From the NCBI RefSeq assembly GCF_001194135.2, contig NC_068985.1:58597959-58661958 (forward strand): 64,000 nt of DNA, written 5' to 3'. A program made the position numbers and the translations under genes. This DNA comes from Octopus bimaculoides (lineage: Eukaryota). The notes beneath the pieces are model-generated. The model was not told the origin of the DNA and made no database searches. It was given only the letters and a program-made list of their open reading frames with translations. Shown here piece by piece: positions 50,537 to 64,000 of the stretch (within the stretch, counting starts at the first letter, position 1; each line of letters begins with the position of its first letter).

Positions 50537-53500
50537 CAACTTTCTTTCCTCCCGTAAGTGTCTGCTAATACTTAACATGTACCATGTCCTCGCGTTGTAG
50601 CATTTTTTGTGTTTGTTCTTTTTTTTTTGGGGGGGGGGGGGATTTACTATACTTACACACACACATATATATATATATATATGTTTGCATATATGCATTT
50701 ATGCATAGTTTTATGCAAAGTTGAGTGAGGCTGAAGCTAAATGCCTGTGAATTGTTATAGGAAGTTTATTATTGAGCTGGTACCTGTTAAGTAAAAATAA
50801 AAGTATGAACAGACGCGCGACTGACAACCGTATCGATTATGGCCTTTATATATTTTAAAGCTATTGCTCAGTTGACACAATAGAGTAGATCATAAGATAT
50901 AAAGTAAGGTGGGTAGCAGATGATCTCTTACAGCTGTTTCAAGAATATATGTCTTTATGGATCACTTTCCTACAAGCGAAGATACGCTGTCCAAATTGTT
51001 GCCGCCGTCGTTTCCAGTTTCGTCGAGAGAACGAAGTAGATCATTAGTAGAGGCCGTTAGTGGCGATCAGTTCCATAATATTTAACATCGTTTCATAACT
51101 ATTGGTGGTGTGTTTACACACACATAACGTAAGCGGCTCGACAATGGTGACGATAGAATAAGTACCAGTCTTTTAACAACTAGAATGTTTCAAGCTGGGG
51201 CTCCAGCATGGCCGCAGTCTAATGACTGAAACAAGTAAAAGATAAAGCGTACATATACAGATACGTATTTTCATATAAATATATAAACATATACACGTAT
51301 ACATATATACATACACACACATACATACACGTGCATACATAAATATATCCATACAATCATGCATACCTACATTCATTTATATAAATATACAGGTGTGTGT
51401 ATATATATATGCATCATTTTAATTATGTTTGATTTGTTTTTAGCTCACACCTGATAAGTACGCATATGCACACTTTATTCATGTATGTATGTGTGTATAT
51501 TTTGTAGCAGATGCATTTTGTATGAGTATTGTGTATGGGTTTAATGTCTTTGTATGTTTGCTTGAGTGTATGTTTGCTTGAGTGTATGTTTGCTTGAGTG
51601 TATGTGTGCATATATAAAAAGTTAGTATATGGCTTTATACTTCTTAGCTGTAGACAGAACGGCGACACCGACTAATGAAGACGTGGCATGTGAAAAAACT
51701 CATAAATATCCAAACGTTTCATATTGAATTCTGTCATATGCACGAGCTCTCAGATTTCTAATGTCGAACAAGCGTCTAACCTACCCCTGTATTTATCCTC
51801 TAATTTATGAAATTATGAAAGTTGAGTCACAAACAGAAATTTTCACTTTAAATTAGATAAAATATAATATACGTCATTGATTTGTAGTTGAACATTTAGA
51901 GACTCTTCGATAAATTTTGTACTTATAAGCCTACAGTGTCTCGGGTAATTACATTAATTTTATTCTATTTCAGAACTTTGTTCTCTGTATTTCATTTGTT
52001 GTAAATAAAAGCAAATTTATAGCAAATGAAACTCCGTCGGTTTCGACGCTGATTGTACCGATTGCTATTTCAAAGAATCAACTTAGGTATTTGATGTTGC
52101 ATATCTGTTGAATACTCGAACATAAGTGTTTCCTTAATCTTAGGCAGGAGTCATGGTGACAGGATCTTTCAAAGCTAGTCTTTGTATTCAAAAGTCCAAT
52201 TCATACGACAGGCTTTTTGCTCAAATAGCTGGGCTTGATCCGAGGGCGATATGAAAATAGCAAAATGAAGTTATTAGCAATTTGTCCATGCCTGTATCAA
52301 TCATCATTAATAAATAGCACTAACTAACATTGTTATTATTATTCATAACGAATCACGTAACGCTCTTTTGTTATTAAGTATCTAAAAGTTACTACGAAAC
52401 TTTGTTATTGGCAGGAAAAACACCTGATAATACTTGACCATTCTTTAGACAAAGAACTCTCAACCAAATTGTTGTTTCTTTAGACTATTATGGAAATACA
52501 CACTTTTCTTTGGATACAAAGCTCATTCACACACTAATAAGATTTGTTTCTTTGCCAAAAGATTCTATAAATATGTCTCTATTGAAATTATGAAGTACTT
52601 AAAATAATACCTCAGAAAATGTATTAACAGAAAGACCAATATGAAGAAAAACAGTTTCATGCAAAATGGCATGAGACATTTATTTTAAAAGAATATTTCT
52701 AAGATGTTGTTACAGTAGTGGTTCATTATTTCACTTCAGTTCTTAAATGATTGTTTAAAGATGAAATAATGAAAAGGAAAGAAAATATATATAGCTTATG
52801 TAGAGAATAAGTAGACTGAATGTAGCACTTATGTGCAGGGTATTAACGGTATATGTAGATTTTATACCGGATTATATCAGAAATTTATTTGATAGAAATG
52901 ATGGAAAATTAATATTTACTTCTTAGAGCATGACAGTGACTTCAAAGGTTGTGGTTAGTAGCCACCATCACGTTCTCTTTTCCCTCATATGAGTATATAT
53001 CCATACATGAACGTAGCCGAAACTCTGAAGTTTCCTTCTAAATATTACCAAATACATTACTCAAACAAGTGTTGTTTATGTATAACTTACGTAAATTTAC
53101 ATAAAAATAAACATTGTGGGCCTGTACATGTGTCTGTCTCTATATATTTAAGTATGTATAATCCTTCGACTTTCGTGAATGCTTTCTACTGCAAGTGAGC
53201 TTATTGTTATTGTATCTCTTACTGGCACAGCCTGAACTGATTAAAGGCTTCAGATTCTTCATTTATTAGTTTTTAATATAGTGCAGAATAATAGGGCTGG
53301 CTCAGAGCAATTCAGCCCTTTAAATCGACGCTTAATCGTTTTTATTCTGACCAATACAATCGGTCAAACACTTATCGATGAAACAGCGAAACCAAATTAT
53401 GAATAGAAACTAATCGTTTCAGCGCACAATTTCAAAGAACATTTAATTATATTTGTTTGTTATTGCATTAAGTAACAATTAAGCACATTTACGATATCTG

Positions 53501-53649
53501 TACATTGGCTTTGGTTGCTGCAATAAGCATGGTGAACTGGTCATCAAGTACTGATATAATTGAACCGATTTTGAGCCATTGACAATCTCTAGACAAGCGT
53601 CGATTAAGTAGTATATATATCAGGATACTGTAAAACAACTAAACGAAAA

Positions 53650-54430
53650 CAATAGGATTCTAGTGTAAATTAAAAGTAATGATGGAATTAACACATAGAT
53701 GTGAAAGATGTGTTTCACCTCAATACAGCAAGGTCTCTTTCCCCCCATTAACTTCCGTAGATCGTCAATTTTAAGTTGTGTTTTTCTAACTTTAATATAA
53801 ATAGAGTTGAATGGTGTTCGTCCTCTATCTCGGTGCGCATGGCTCCTAAACATAACACGTGATAAGTATTGTTGTTTAATATGAGGTCGGTGGCCAGCAA
53901 AACTTATCCTGCTTTGAACAATAATAGTAGAGATGGGTGGAAGGACATCATAAATCATCTCCTTTGTTTTGTACTCATGACATGAGATGTTTTGAGCCAT
54001 CATAAAGATCTCGATGTATGTAGCGTAAAGGTACAGTTCAATATCACTTGTCACAGTCAAGATATTTACTTATATTCAAGAGTCTTCTCTATATATACTC
54101 TGAAAGACAACCTTGTTTCAGTGGAAATACTAGTTTGAGAGGTTTGTGACGTTAGCTACAAACACTAAAAACTTGTCCCATACGTGTCAGCAACACAATC
54201 CCCGAGGCACCAGATATCACTAACTTCGCTGAGTCGTATGCCATCATCAGAATAATTTGGTAGAAGGCATTCATCTTCATTGATGGCCATTTATTCAGTC
54301 TCCTGAGAAACAAACCCAACTTGGCTACAGAATTTGCAAAGAACGGCAAGTCTTTCACATCACACATTTCACAACCTGTGAAGGCAAGCTCGTCAGCAGA
54401 ATCAAGGTTAAAGACATCCACATTTTGCTA
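53650..54430 (-). mobile_element. RTE-clade LINE remnant
   Basis: LDSADELAF..AKLGLFL (RT motif), then MAQNISCHEYKTKEMIYDVLPPISTIIVQSRISFAGH..RGRTP. Confidence 0.8.
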
Positions 54431-55539
54431 AGATCTCAATTGCTTCTGCTTAGTAGTGAGACATTTGTTTCGGTTGGAGTCTGCAATTTATAAACGTAGT
54501 TCAACACAACGCAAAAATAAAAGCTGTCAGGGTGTCTCACTAGAGATTTGCTTCTGTTGTCAGAAACTCATTAGATGCAGCATGTGTGCCACACAAACTT
54601 ATATAATTAGTTTAAATAATGTGTATTCATATCAGCAATTACTATTACAAGATGAGTGACGTGAAACAATAATCATGATACTTTCTAATGGTATTTTGAG
54701 TAGTCATATTTATATTAACTTCGTGTGTGAATGAGTATGTATATGTGTATATGTCTGTGTGTGGGGTGAGTATATCTGCGTGTGTATGTGTGTGTTTAAA
54801 AAAATACCATATTTGATAGAATATATGATGCACCATTTTCCAAAACAAAATAATCTCAAAATATTACGCCGGACACTATATGCGAAGTGGAGGCTACGTT
54901 ACATGAATTAATACATTACAAAACTTTTAAACTTTTAGAATGTTAGAATGTTAGAATTTGCGTGCGTCTCATAAAACCGTGCGTCATCTGTGATTCCAAA
55001 TACTGAAATCATAAAGCATGTTCTGAGATATATCTTCATTTCGAGACAAGGCGAATATTATCCAACAGGATTAGATGAAAATTTTGTTGATTCCTTAAAT
55101 TTTACAGCCGCCATTGAAATGATCCCCATGAAAATATTGGCAACTACAATGTTGCTTGGCAACAAAATAATTCATTATCGAATTGAAATCCAAAAAGCAT
55201 ATCTAATAAAATCGATTAAAAGGTTAATTATCGACTGAAGCTTGGAGCAAAGGCCTTTAATTTCATAAGGCTTTATAGCAATAATATTCTAAATAATTCA
55301 ATATAATTTTTAAAGCTATTTATCTAAACGGGAGATTGAGGCACATTCTGCGGAAAAACCCTATGCAAATCGATGAATGAGAGAATGGGTTAAGATTGAT
55401 GCGGTTAATTTCCTGTTATGTGACTTGTTTGACTGGAGGGGATGTACAGAAAATATTCTGTTATTTGGTACGTGTCCTTATGAGTGTGTATGTGCATGTG
55501 CATATATGTGTTAGTGTGTATGTTTGTGTGTATTTGTGT

Positions 55540-55675
55540 GTGTACGTGAGTGTGTGTGAGGATATGGATGTAGGTGTATGAGTGTGTGTGAGGATATGGG
55601 TGTAGGTGTATGAGTGTGTGTGTGAGGATATGGGTGTAGGTGTATGAGTGTGTGTGAGGATATGGGTGTGGGTAT
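55540..55675. repeat. About 30-34 bp minisatellite, about 4 units
   Basis: TGAGTGTGTGTGAGGATATGGGTGTAGGTGTA repeated. Confidence 0.9.
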
Positions 55676-57436
55676 GTAATCGCGATGGTAAGAAGAAAGA
55701 AGAAAATGTGTGGGTGTGAATGAGGATATGAGGAAGGGTTGTGAGGGTAAAGAGTTCATTTCTATTGAACTGGGACAGAATTAAAAGCATCTTCATTGTA
55801 TTTTACGTTTAATTATCACGAGGAATATAAAATGTAGCCTTAGGTTAAATGGAGGACATCATTTTTTTTTACTGTATCCTTGTTAGAAAAGTATATATAC
55901 ACTACTTCTATTACTTCATACTGCTGTGCAAATTATAGCCTTAATTATTCACCTTAATGTTTTGGTGAATAACTAGAAAATCCAGCGAACATTACATCAC
56001 TTGTGTTATCTGTATACTGGATCTTAAAATGTTAGGTATCTATGTATTTTCACACACACACACATATTTATATTTTTATATGATCATTAACTACATCATT
56101 ATCTTCAACCTCATTTAACGTCATTTTTCTCATGCCGGCATGGATTTAATAGTTTGACATGAGCAGATAAACGAGAAGGCTGCACCGAGCGACCGTTCGT
56201 ATTTTGGCATGGTTGCAACAGAGAGAGAGAGAGAGAGAGAGCGGGGGGGAATGTAAGGTAAATGTACAAGGTAAATATGAAAGAGAATAGAATTTAGGAA
56301 CAGAAAAGGTAGAGATGTTTGTAAATGCGCTCCATTGTGAAAATGTGACAGACGATTAGAGATACTGAACGAGAGAGGACATCATAAGTTCAAGAGTCAC
56401 GCCAAAGATTGATGAAAGAAGGGGTATTAGAAAATGAGCTGTGAGAGAGGCTTTACAAACATCAATTTTACTGAGATGGAAGGATCTTCTAAAGGACATC
56501 ATATACTAAGGAATCATAAACAAGCAGAGTGTAACATGTATGTCACATTTCTCTGAAAGACGGTTGCATGTGATTAGCAGCTGCCCCAAAGTATCAGCAA
56601 TTACGCCATCTCAGTACGGCACGACCTAGTCGCTAACCCCTCTGTTATTGAATATATACATGAATATCAACACAACGAATATTGGTTGAACATTTCAGTT
56701 TGTTTAATATCATTGTTTGAGACAGAGGAGAAAATGTGTGTACTATCAAAGAAAGAGAGAGAGGTGGGTGAGGGAGAGAGGTGGGTGAGGGAGAGAGAGA
56801 GGGGGAAGAGGGGGAGGGGATANNNNNNNNNNNNNNNNNNNNNNNNNNNNNNNNNNNNNNNNNNNNNNNNNNNNNNNNNNNNNNNNNNNNNNNNNNNNNN
56901 NNNNNNNNNNNNNNNNNNNNNNNNNNNNNNNNNNNNNNNNNNNNNNNNNNNNNNNNNNNNNNNNNNNNNNNNNNNNNNNNNNNNNNNNNNNNNNNNNNNN
57001 NNNNNNNNNNNNNNNNNNNNNNNNNNNNNNNNNNNNNNNNNNNNNNNNNNNNNNNNNNNNNNNNNNNNNNNNNNNNNNNNNNNNNNNNNNNNNNNNNNNN
57101 NNNNNNNNNNNNNNNNNNNNNNNNNNNNNNNNNNNNNNNNNNNNNNNNNNNNNNNNNNNNNNNNNNNNNNNNNNNNNNNNNNNNNNNNNNNNNNNNNNNN
57201 NNNNNNNNNNNNNNNNNNNNNNNNNNNNNNNNNNNNNNNNNNNNNNNNNNNNNNNNNNNNNNNNNNGGAAACAGAGAGGACTGCTACGAACAAAGCTCCC
57301 CGAAATTGCTGGTCTTGTGGTTGTGTGTGTCCGTGTGTGTGTGTCCGAGTGTGCGTGTGTGTGTGTTTGTGTGTGTGTCTTTGTGTGTATAGTTATGTAT
57401 ATATCTAGGTGCGCCTGTGAATGTGAGTACGTATGT

Positions 57437-57479
<43 letters not shown>

Positions 57480-57694
57480 AACACACAGAGTTTAAAAGGG
57501 ATAAATTAACCTGGCAGATACCGTATTGTCACACAAATAGTTATATGTAGCACTTAAAAGAGATATTGGTACGGGTAAGCTTCACTCGCTGGGTAGTTCT
57601 TCCTATTCAGAACTGCAAATATTCCGTACAGTATATAACTCATAACGGAGAACAGGGCGGAGATTTATTCACATGGGCAACTTTTTTCTTAAGA

Positions 57695-58350
57695 AGTTAT
57701 CCACCGTATATATAACACTGGCCTATATATGTTTCGACTGCAGCTTCTGCACATTACTCTGTATGCAATTATGCATTCTAAAGACTGCAATTTCGTCAAG
57801 GGCCCATCACTCACTACGTTTTGAAAGTGAACTGATTCAAACAACTGTCCTGCATTGATAGCGTTACTTTTTAAATCCAATGGAATTCTGGACTTATAAT
57901 CACCCCTACTGCTATTACAGTTGAAGTTAAAGATGTTTACTCAGATTTCAATTAATCGTAGCTGCTTTGTTTATATTTTGCCATGTAGAATACATTATTT
58001 ATTCAAATGTACTTTACTTTTTGGGGGCTTATACCCTCAATTAATATTATTGTTATTACTATTAGTAGTAGTTGCATTTGTATAATTAGCATTAATTATT
58101 ACAATTATTATTGTAACTAGCATAATTACTATAGAATGTGAGTTGTGTTTATATAAATTGTTTAAACGTATATTTTCGTAAGTGTGGACATCACCCTCAA
58201 ACGAAGACCAATGAAGTCCGGTTGTTTGATTCAGTTCACTATAAAAGTTTCCTGACTGGAGGACCCTTGATGAAATTGCAGCGACTAAGATGCATAATAG
58301 CTCACAGAGCAATGAGCAGTTGCTGCAGTCGAAACATATGTCGGTGAGAA
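57695..58350. repeat. Inverted repeat pair of about 170 bp, each with a hammerhead-like motif
   Basis: 57695-57865 resembles the reverse complement of 58175-58350 (roughly three quarters identical by eye). Confidence 0.85.
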
Positions 58351-60289
58351 TTATATATATACTGTAGAAATGTCTTTAATAATAAATATTCACCCACCTC
58401 TTCGTTATCAATTATATATATATATANNNNNNNNNNNNNNNNNNNNNNNNNNNNNNNNNNNNNNNNNNNNNNNNNNNNNNNNNNNNNNNNNNNNNNNNNN
58501 NNNNNNNNNNNNNNNNNNNNNNNNNNNNNNNNNNNNNNNNNNNNNNNNNNNNNNNNNNNNNNNNNNNNNNNNNNNNNNNNNNNNNNNNNNNNNNNNNNNN
58601 NNNNNNNNNNNNNNNNNNNNNNNNNNNNNNNNNNNNNNNNNNNNNNNNNNNNNNNNNNNNNNNNNNNNNNNNNNNNNNNNNNNNNNNNNNNNNNNNNNNN
58701 NNNNNNNNNNNNNNNNNNNNNNNNNNNNNNNNNNNNNNNNNNNNNNNNNNNNNNNNNNNNNNNNNNNNNNNNNNNNNNNNNNNNNNNNNNNNNNNNNNNN
58801 NNNNNNNNNNNNNNNNNNNNNNNNNNNNNNNNNNNNNNNNNNNNNNNNNNNNNNNNNNNNNNNNNNNNNNNNNNNNNNNNTATATATATATATATATATA
58901 TATGAACCTTTGTATTTTGCTTGTTTCAGTTATTATACTGTGACCATCCGCGAACACCGCCTTGATGAATTTTTAGTCGAATGGATCGACCCCGGTCCTT
59001 TTTTAAACTTTGTTCATGTTCTATCGTTAAGTTACGGGGACATGAATACGCCATCATCGGTTTTAAATGCTGGTGGTGAACAAATACAAGCACACATACG
59101 TACACATATAAACCATACGTCTGCGCCTATGTTTCGAATGTTTCACTAATCACACCTCTACATCTCAAACCGCTTAGCTACGAATCAGCAAACTCCAACT
59201 TGTGATCGTTCTATCTTCTGCATTCCACCACAAACAGATCACATCTTGCTTGCCAACCAACAGTTCGATACGTTTTCGTCAACACTAATGACATTCAGGA
59301 GCAGCAGTAGCTGTATTAGTAGTGCAGCACCAGCTACAGTAGTAGTAATAGTAGCAGCAGCTGTAGCAGCAGCAGCAGCAGCAGTAGTAATAGTAGTGGT
59401 AGTAGTAGTAGTAGTAGTAGTAGTAGTGTATTCATTCTTGAATCTATTGCTCGCCTATTTACATTTGCCGCCTGAAGAGTCTTGTGTAGACACCTGCAGG
59501 CAGCTGGGACTGGTAAATCATTCCATAGTAGATATAAACAAAGCCCATTCTTAGATATAGACAAGATGAGGTACAAACGCTGAACACTATTTCGACTGTC
59601 ATTATTTCAAAGTAGTTGATGTTCAGGTTAAATTCTCGCTCTCCAGTGTGTATTTGTATGTGTTTACCTCGTTATGCACACATGAGGTTTGACAAGGTAG
59701 ATCAGCCAGTAGCGAGCACAATGGATATTATTGCTGCCGACACGCTCTCCAGTCTAATGAATAAATTATTGGATAGAGTAATCGTATGCTCATTATGTGT
59801 GGTATGATCGGCATTTTAGGTCGTATTTCGCCACGCATCTCTGGCCACTGTCGATCTGATTGTCTCGCCATACTGTTATGTAATTGATTGAGAAATATGC
59901 TCAATCTTGTTTAAGCAACGCTTCGTACTGAACGCTTCCATATATGGAATGTGTATGCTTGAATAAATAGCTGTATGTTTATATAGATACACATAAAGAT
60001 AAATGTATATACATAACTGCATATGCATATATACCTATATACACAAACACCATCACGAATAGATACACACACGTGTGTGTGTGTGTGTGTGTGCATAGAT
60101 ATATGTATGCATATGTTCGTATGCATGTATATGCACTCGCCATGTATTGATTAACTGGATTATGATGTCAGGGATAACAACGTGCGTGAACAAGTTCAGA
60201 TGGCAGTATTATATGGATTCTGTGTAGGATTTTATAATAACATTTCAAAGTAGCCTTGGTGTGCACATCTTCTGTTATACAAATTTCGA

Positions 60290-60400
60290 TTGTAGTGGAC
60301 TAATGTAGTGTAGTGGACTAATGTAGTGTAGTGGACTAATNNNNNNNNNNAGTGGACTAATGTAGTGTAGTGGACTAATGTAGTGTAGTGGACTAATGTA
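60290..60400. repeat. 18-bp tandem repeat GTAGTGGACTAATGTAGT
   Basis: At least 5 units, interrupted by a 10-N gap. Confidence 0.95.
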
Positions 60401-60726
60401 ATTTTATTTTATTTTATCCAGCCTGGTTCGGGAACTGTCATTAGTCGAAAAATGCCTTCTCCAGGACATATTTTAAATTTGGCACTTTCGCTGCTTTCTT
60501 CCATGGAATCTAATGCTCTTACCTTATTTTTTCCTTGGGCATGGCCAGATTGGAGTAATCTCGAGTATTAACAGCTGAAATTGCAACGATAATCTGGAGC
60601 TCGACTTAGGACAGAAAACTCCGAATGACCCGTCCTTGTTTTTTTTTTGTATCGTCTGTCTGGATGTTTTGTTGTCTCTTATGTGTATCAATTAACTGTG
60701 TGGATGTTTTTCGTTCTTGTTCCATT

Positions 60727-60781
<55 letters not shown>

Positions 60782-61026
60782 NNNNNNNNNNNNNNNNNNN
60801 NNNNNNNNNNNNNNNNNNNNNNNNNNNNNNNNNNNNNNNNNNNNNNNNNNNNNNNNNNNNNNNNNNNNNNNNNNNNNNNNNNNNNNNNNNNNNNNNNNNN
60901 NNNNNNNNNNNNNNNNNNNNNNNNNNNNNNNNNNNNNNNNNNNNNNNNNNNNNNNNNNNNNNNNNNNNNNNNNNNNNNNNNNNNNNNNNNNNNNNNNNNN
61001 NNNNNNNNNNNNNNNNNNNNNNNNNN

Positions 61027-61280
61027 TCATAAATTTGATTTCATAACCTTGATTTCCCAAATTTTGATTCGTAAATTTGGTTTCATTGGATTCATAAATT
61101 TGGTTTCGTTGGATTCATATATTTGGTTTCATAACTTTGGATTCCTAAAGTTGGTTTCATAAATATGGATTCCGAAATTTGGTTTCGTAAATTTGGATTC
61201 CGAAATTTGGTTTCATAAATTTGGTTTCCGTAATTTGGATTCCGAAATTGGGTTTCATAAATTTTGTTTTTGAAATTTGA
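61027..61280. repeat. Degenerate 14-bp tandem array (AAATTTGGTTTCAT / AAATTTGGATTCCG)
   Basis: Direct reading; alternating variants. Confidence 0.9.
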
Positions 61281-62481
61281 ACCTAAACGTAAATAAATAT
61301 AATGTAAAAGCAACCATTTAAACTAAAAGTTCATGGCACAAAGCGGCTGACAGACTACAACAATAATTATAGTTAAAGAATAAATGGTCAAACAAATAAT
61401 CTAGTTTGCTTAACATTCACACAAAACTGCTTCATACATGTATACTGAGCAACCATTAGACAAAATTTACAGTTAAGTTGTCTAATACAAAAAATTGGCT
61501 ACACGGAAAATTAAATTCATACCCCCTTCTAACTATTTATAGCAATTTTCTTATGTTTATCTGAACAGATAATAGCTAGCAAAATTAGTACACAACCTGT
61601 CACAAATGCTGGGTTCAAAATTCACAAAACTATTACAATAACAAAACTTAAGAGATTTTGTACTCGCCCAGATGTTACACAGAAATTATTTAAATCTGAC
61701 AAGCAAAAGTTCTGGCGAATTCCTGGAGCATAATTTAAATCCATAAATGCCGAATACAAAGCACAAATACAAAAACTAAACAGGCAACCATAGCTTCCAG
61801 AATCCAAGAGAACAACCTTGTTTCACAGAAAAAAAATTAACGGTTACAAAAACTTAGTGTGCAATTATCTCAGCTCATACAGGTTTAGCGTTTCACAGTT
61901 TGGCTATTTACACCTGTATGTTCACCTGTTTACCTGTAAAAATTTGTAATGCTGTGTAGGTAACACTGCCTCATAATAATATTATTTCATAATATACTCC
62001 TAAAACAAGCATAATTTTAAAGCAAAAAGTTCCTAATAAGAAATATATATATATAAGCATAGCCTCTACAGCAAGACACTTTCTTCTGCATCATAGTTTT
62101 TTTTTTTTATCCTTCTAATCTAAAGTATACTCAGTTTTGAGATGTTGTCTTGCGGTTACTTGGCGAATTCTTTTCCTGATGACTCAGGAAAAGAGTTCAG
62201 TAGATTCTGTTAAGTGGTTGCTGTTAGAAAGGGCATCTAGCTGTAGAAGCTGTGCCTAAGAAAATATAGAAAAGGGTGCAATCCTCTGTTCTTTTAGAAC
62301 AATCCAACACATTCCAGCATGAACAAAGAAAGGTTATATCATAATGATGATCATAATAGTATACACACACGAGATACACATATACATACATATATTTGAA
62401 ACGACCAATGAAACAGAACCATGTTTCTTAATTTATATTAGTTTTGATTGCATCGTCATTTCTGTCCCATTTTTAACAAGA

Positions 62482-62519
62482 CTGTCAGATGAACGGGAAC
62501 GTGAAACTCTGAGTAACAG
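62482..62519 (+). ncRNA. Minimal hammerhead motif with A at position 4
   Basis: CTGT-CAGATGA-ACG-GGAA-CGT-GAAA-CTC-T-GAG-TA-ACAG. Confidence 0.65.
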
Positions 62520-62892
62520 CTCTTTCTCATATTTCTGCTGCTTTTAAATAAAGCATATTACTCTAGCTCTGGTATTTGAGTACTCTTTTTTCCACCTTGT
62601 TTCACATTTATGTGCTTACTACCACTATATACAGGCAAATACCAAAATGTATTCTAATCAAAATAAGCGAAAGGGCAATTACATAACGCGGTACCTTTTG
62701 ACAAGTCACCTACCGAGGCACACCTGCACCAAATGAGATGCAGCACAAGTATTTGTACAGAATCTCATCAGCTAGGGACTAATGAATGATGGGTCACAAC
62801 GGTCGTAATGATTAATAAAGAATCTCGTGAATTCTATTTTTGTTCTCTCTCTTTCTCTGCTTCTCTCTTACACACACATACACAAATTATAT

Positions 62893-63087
62893 GTAGGAGT
62901 GGCTGTGTAGGAAAAAGCTTGCTTCCCAAAAACATGATTCCGAGTTCTCTCCCTCTGCGTAGCACCTTGGGCAAGTGCACTCTTCTATAGCCTGGAGCAA
63001 ACCAATGCCTTGTGAGTGGATTTGTTAGACGACGGAAAACTGAAAGACGCTCGTATCATACGTATTTGGGCGCGCGCGCGTGCATGT

Positions 63088-63130
<43 letters not shown>

Positions 63131-63205
63131 TGTGTGTGTTTGACCACTACTTGAAAACCGGTGCTGGTGTTTTATGTCTCCGTAAGCTAGCGGCTTCACA
63201 AAAGA
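62893..63205 (+). mobile_element. SINE family 2 with internal (GT)n
   Basis: GTAGGAGTGGCTGTGTAGG..CCTTGGGCAAGTG..GTGAGTGGATTTGTTAGACGACGGAAAACTGAAAG. Confidence 0.88.
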
Positions 63206-63214
63206 GTGATATAA

Positions 63215-64000
63215 TTCTTTTCTCAGGTCCGTTGGTGCCTTTCAGCGGCACATCAAGCAGTCAGTGATCGCCAATTATCTCCATCTCTGGCCAGCCGGTA
63301 TGCTTCTTCCCAGATGATGTACAATCTAAGTAGGTATTCTTTGAATATAATACGCCATATCTTCGCTGGCCGGCCTCGTTTTCTCTTACATTACATCGAC
63401 ATCCAGCCCATGGCTGCTTTGGCAAGCCTCTTCTCCGACAGTCTTAGTATGTATCCCGCCATTTTCATTCCTCGTTCGGTCATAATCGCATGCTTAGAGA
63501 ATGGTTTCATTTCTCATTCTCTCTGGATAAGTCATTCTTAGAATCTTTCCGTGGCACCGCTGATGAAATACGTCGAATAGGTGGGCGATTTTTGCTGCCA
63601 TCGTCTAGGTCTCAGCTGTATAGATCGCTATGGGCAATATTGTTGTTTTGTACGGAAAAATCTTCAGCTCTATACTTATGTTCTTGATACAAAAAAGAGT
63701 TGTCCGTCTTCTAAATACTGTCGCTGCCTTACCAATTCTACAGCTTACATCTAACACTGCATAACCGTTGCTTGTCACTTTGCTTCTCAGATATATGAAA
63801 CTTATAATTTTTTCAACTGGTTCTTGTCCAACTTTCACTGATACACTTCCCACTCGTTTCCCAACTGATTCTTAACCCAGTCTTTGTCGCTCCTGTTTTC
63901 ATTTTTGTTGTCATTTCTTGTAATGTTGAGCGATTTTCAGCCAACAGGGAAACGTCATCGGCAGAATCCAAGTCTGTTAGCCGGTCTGACCATTGATCTT
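63215..64000 (-). mobile_element. RTE-clade LINE 3' part, runs off the window
   Basis: LTDLDSADDVSLL; DVSCRIGKAATVF..LKIFPYKTTILPIAIYTAET; MAGYILRLSEKRLAKAAM..RGRPAKIWR. Confidence 0.9.

Noticed and set aside
51670-51710. CTAATGA..GAAA hammerhead-like string
   Set aside because: No stem I or stem III pairing.
55540-61280. Tandem arrays as CRISPR-like loci
   Set aside because: No unique spacers, no cas genes, eukaryotic context.

Overview
AT-rich, microsatellite-dense eukaryotic draft sequence with 14 large N gaps. The SINE families and repeat style suggest a cephalopod such as Octopus (inference, no search run). I found no intact protein-coding gene; all long ORFs in the track are N-gap or microsatellite artefacts. 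The window is a transposon graveyard: a Penelope-like GIY-YIG remnant, about ten Penelope-type minimal hammerhead ribozyme motifs (several with non-canonical cores or in inverted pairs), a short Gypsy-type LTR element (tRNA-Trp PBS, AAAG TSD) nested in a SINE, five R4/Dong-clade LINE fragments sitting in (TAA)n or (CATA)n microsatellites, a CR1-group LINE, three RTE LINE remnants, two Tc1/mariner transposase pseudogenes, two related Helitrons and many tRNA-derived SINEs. A few splice-signal-defined exon candidates are weak and unidentified.
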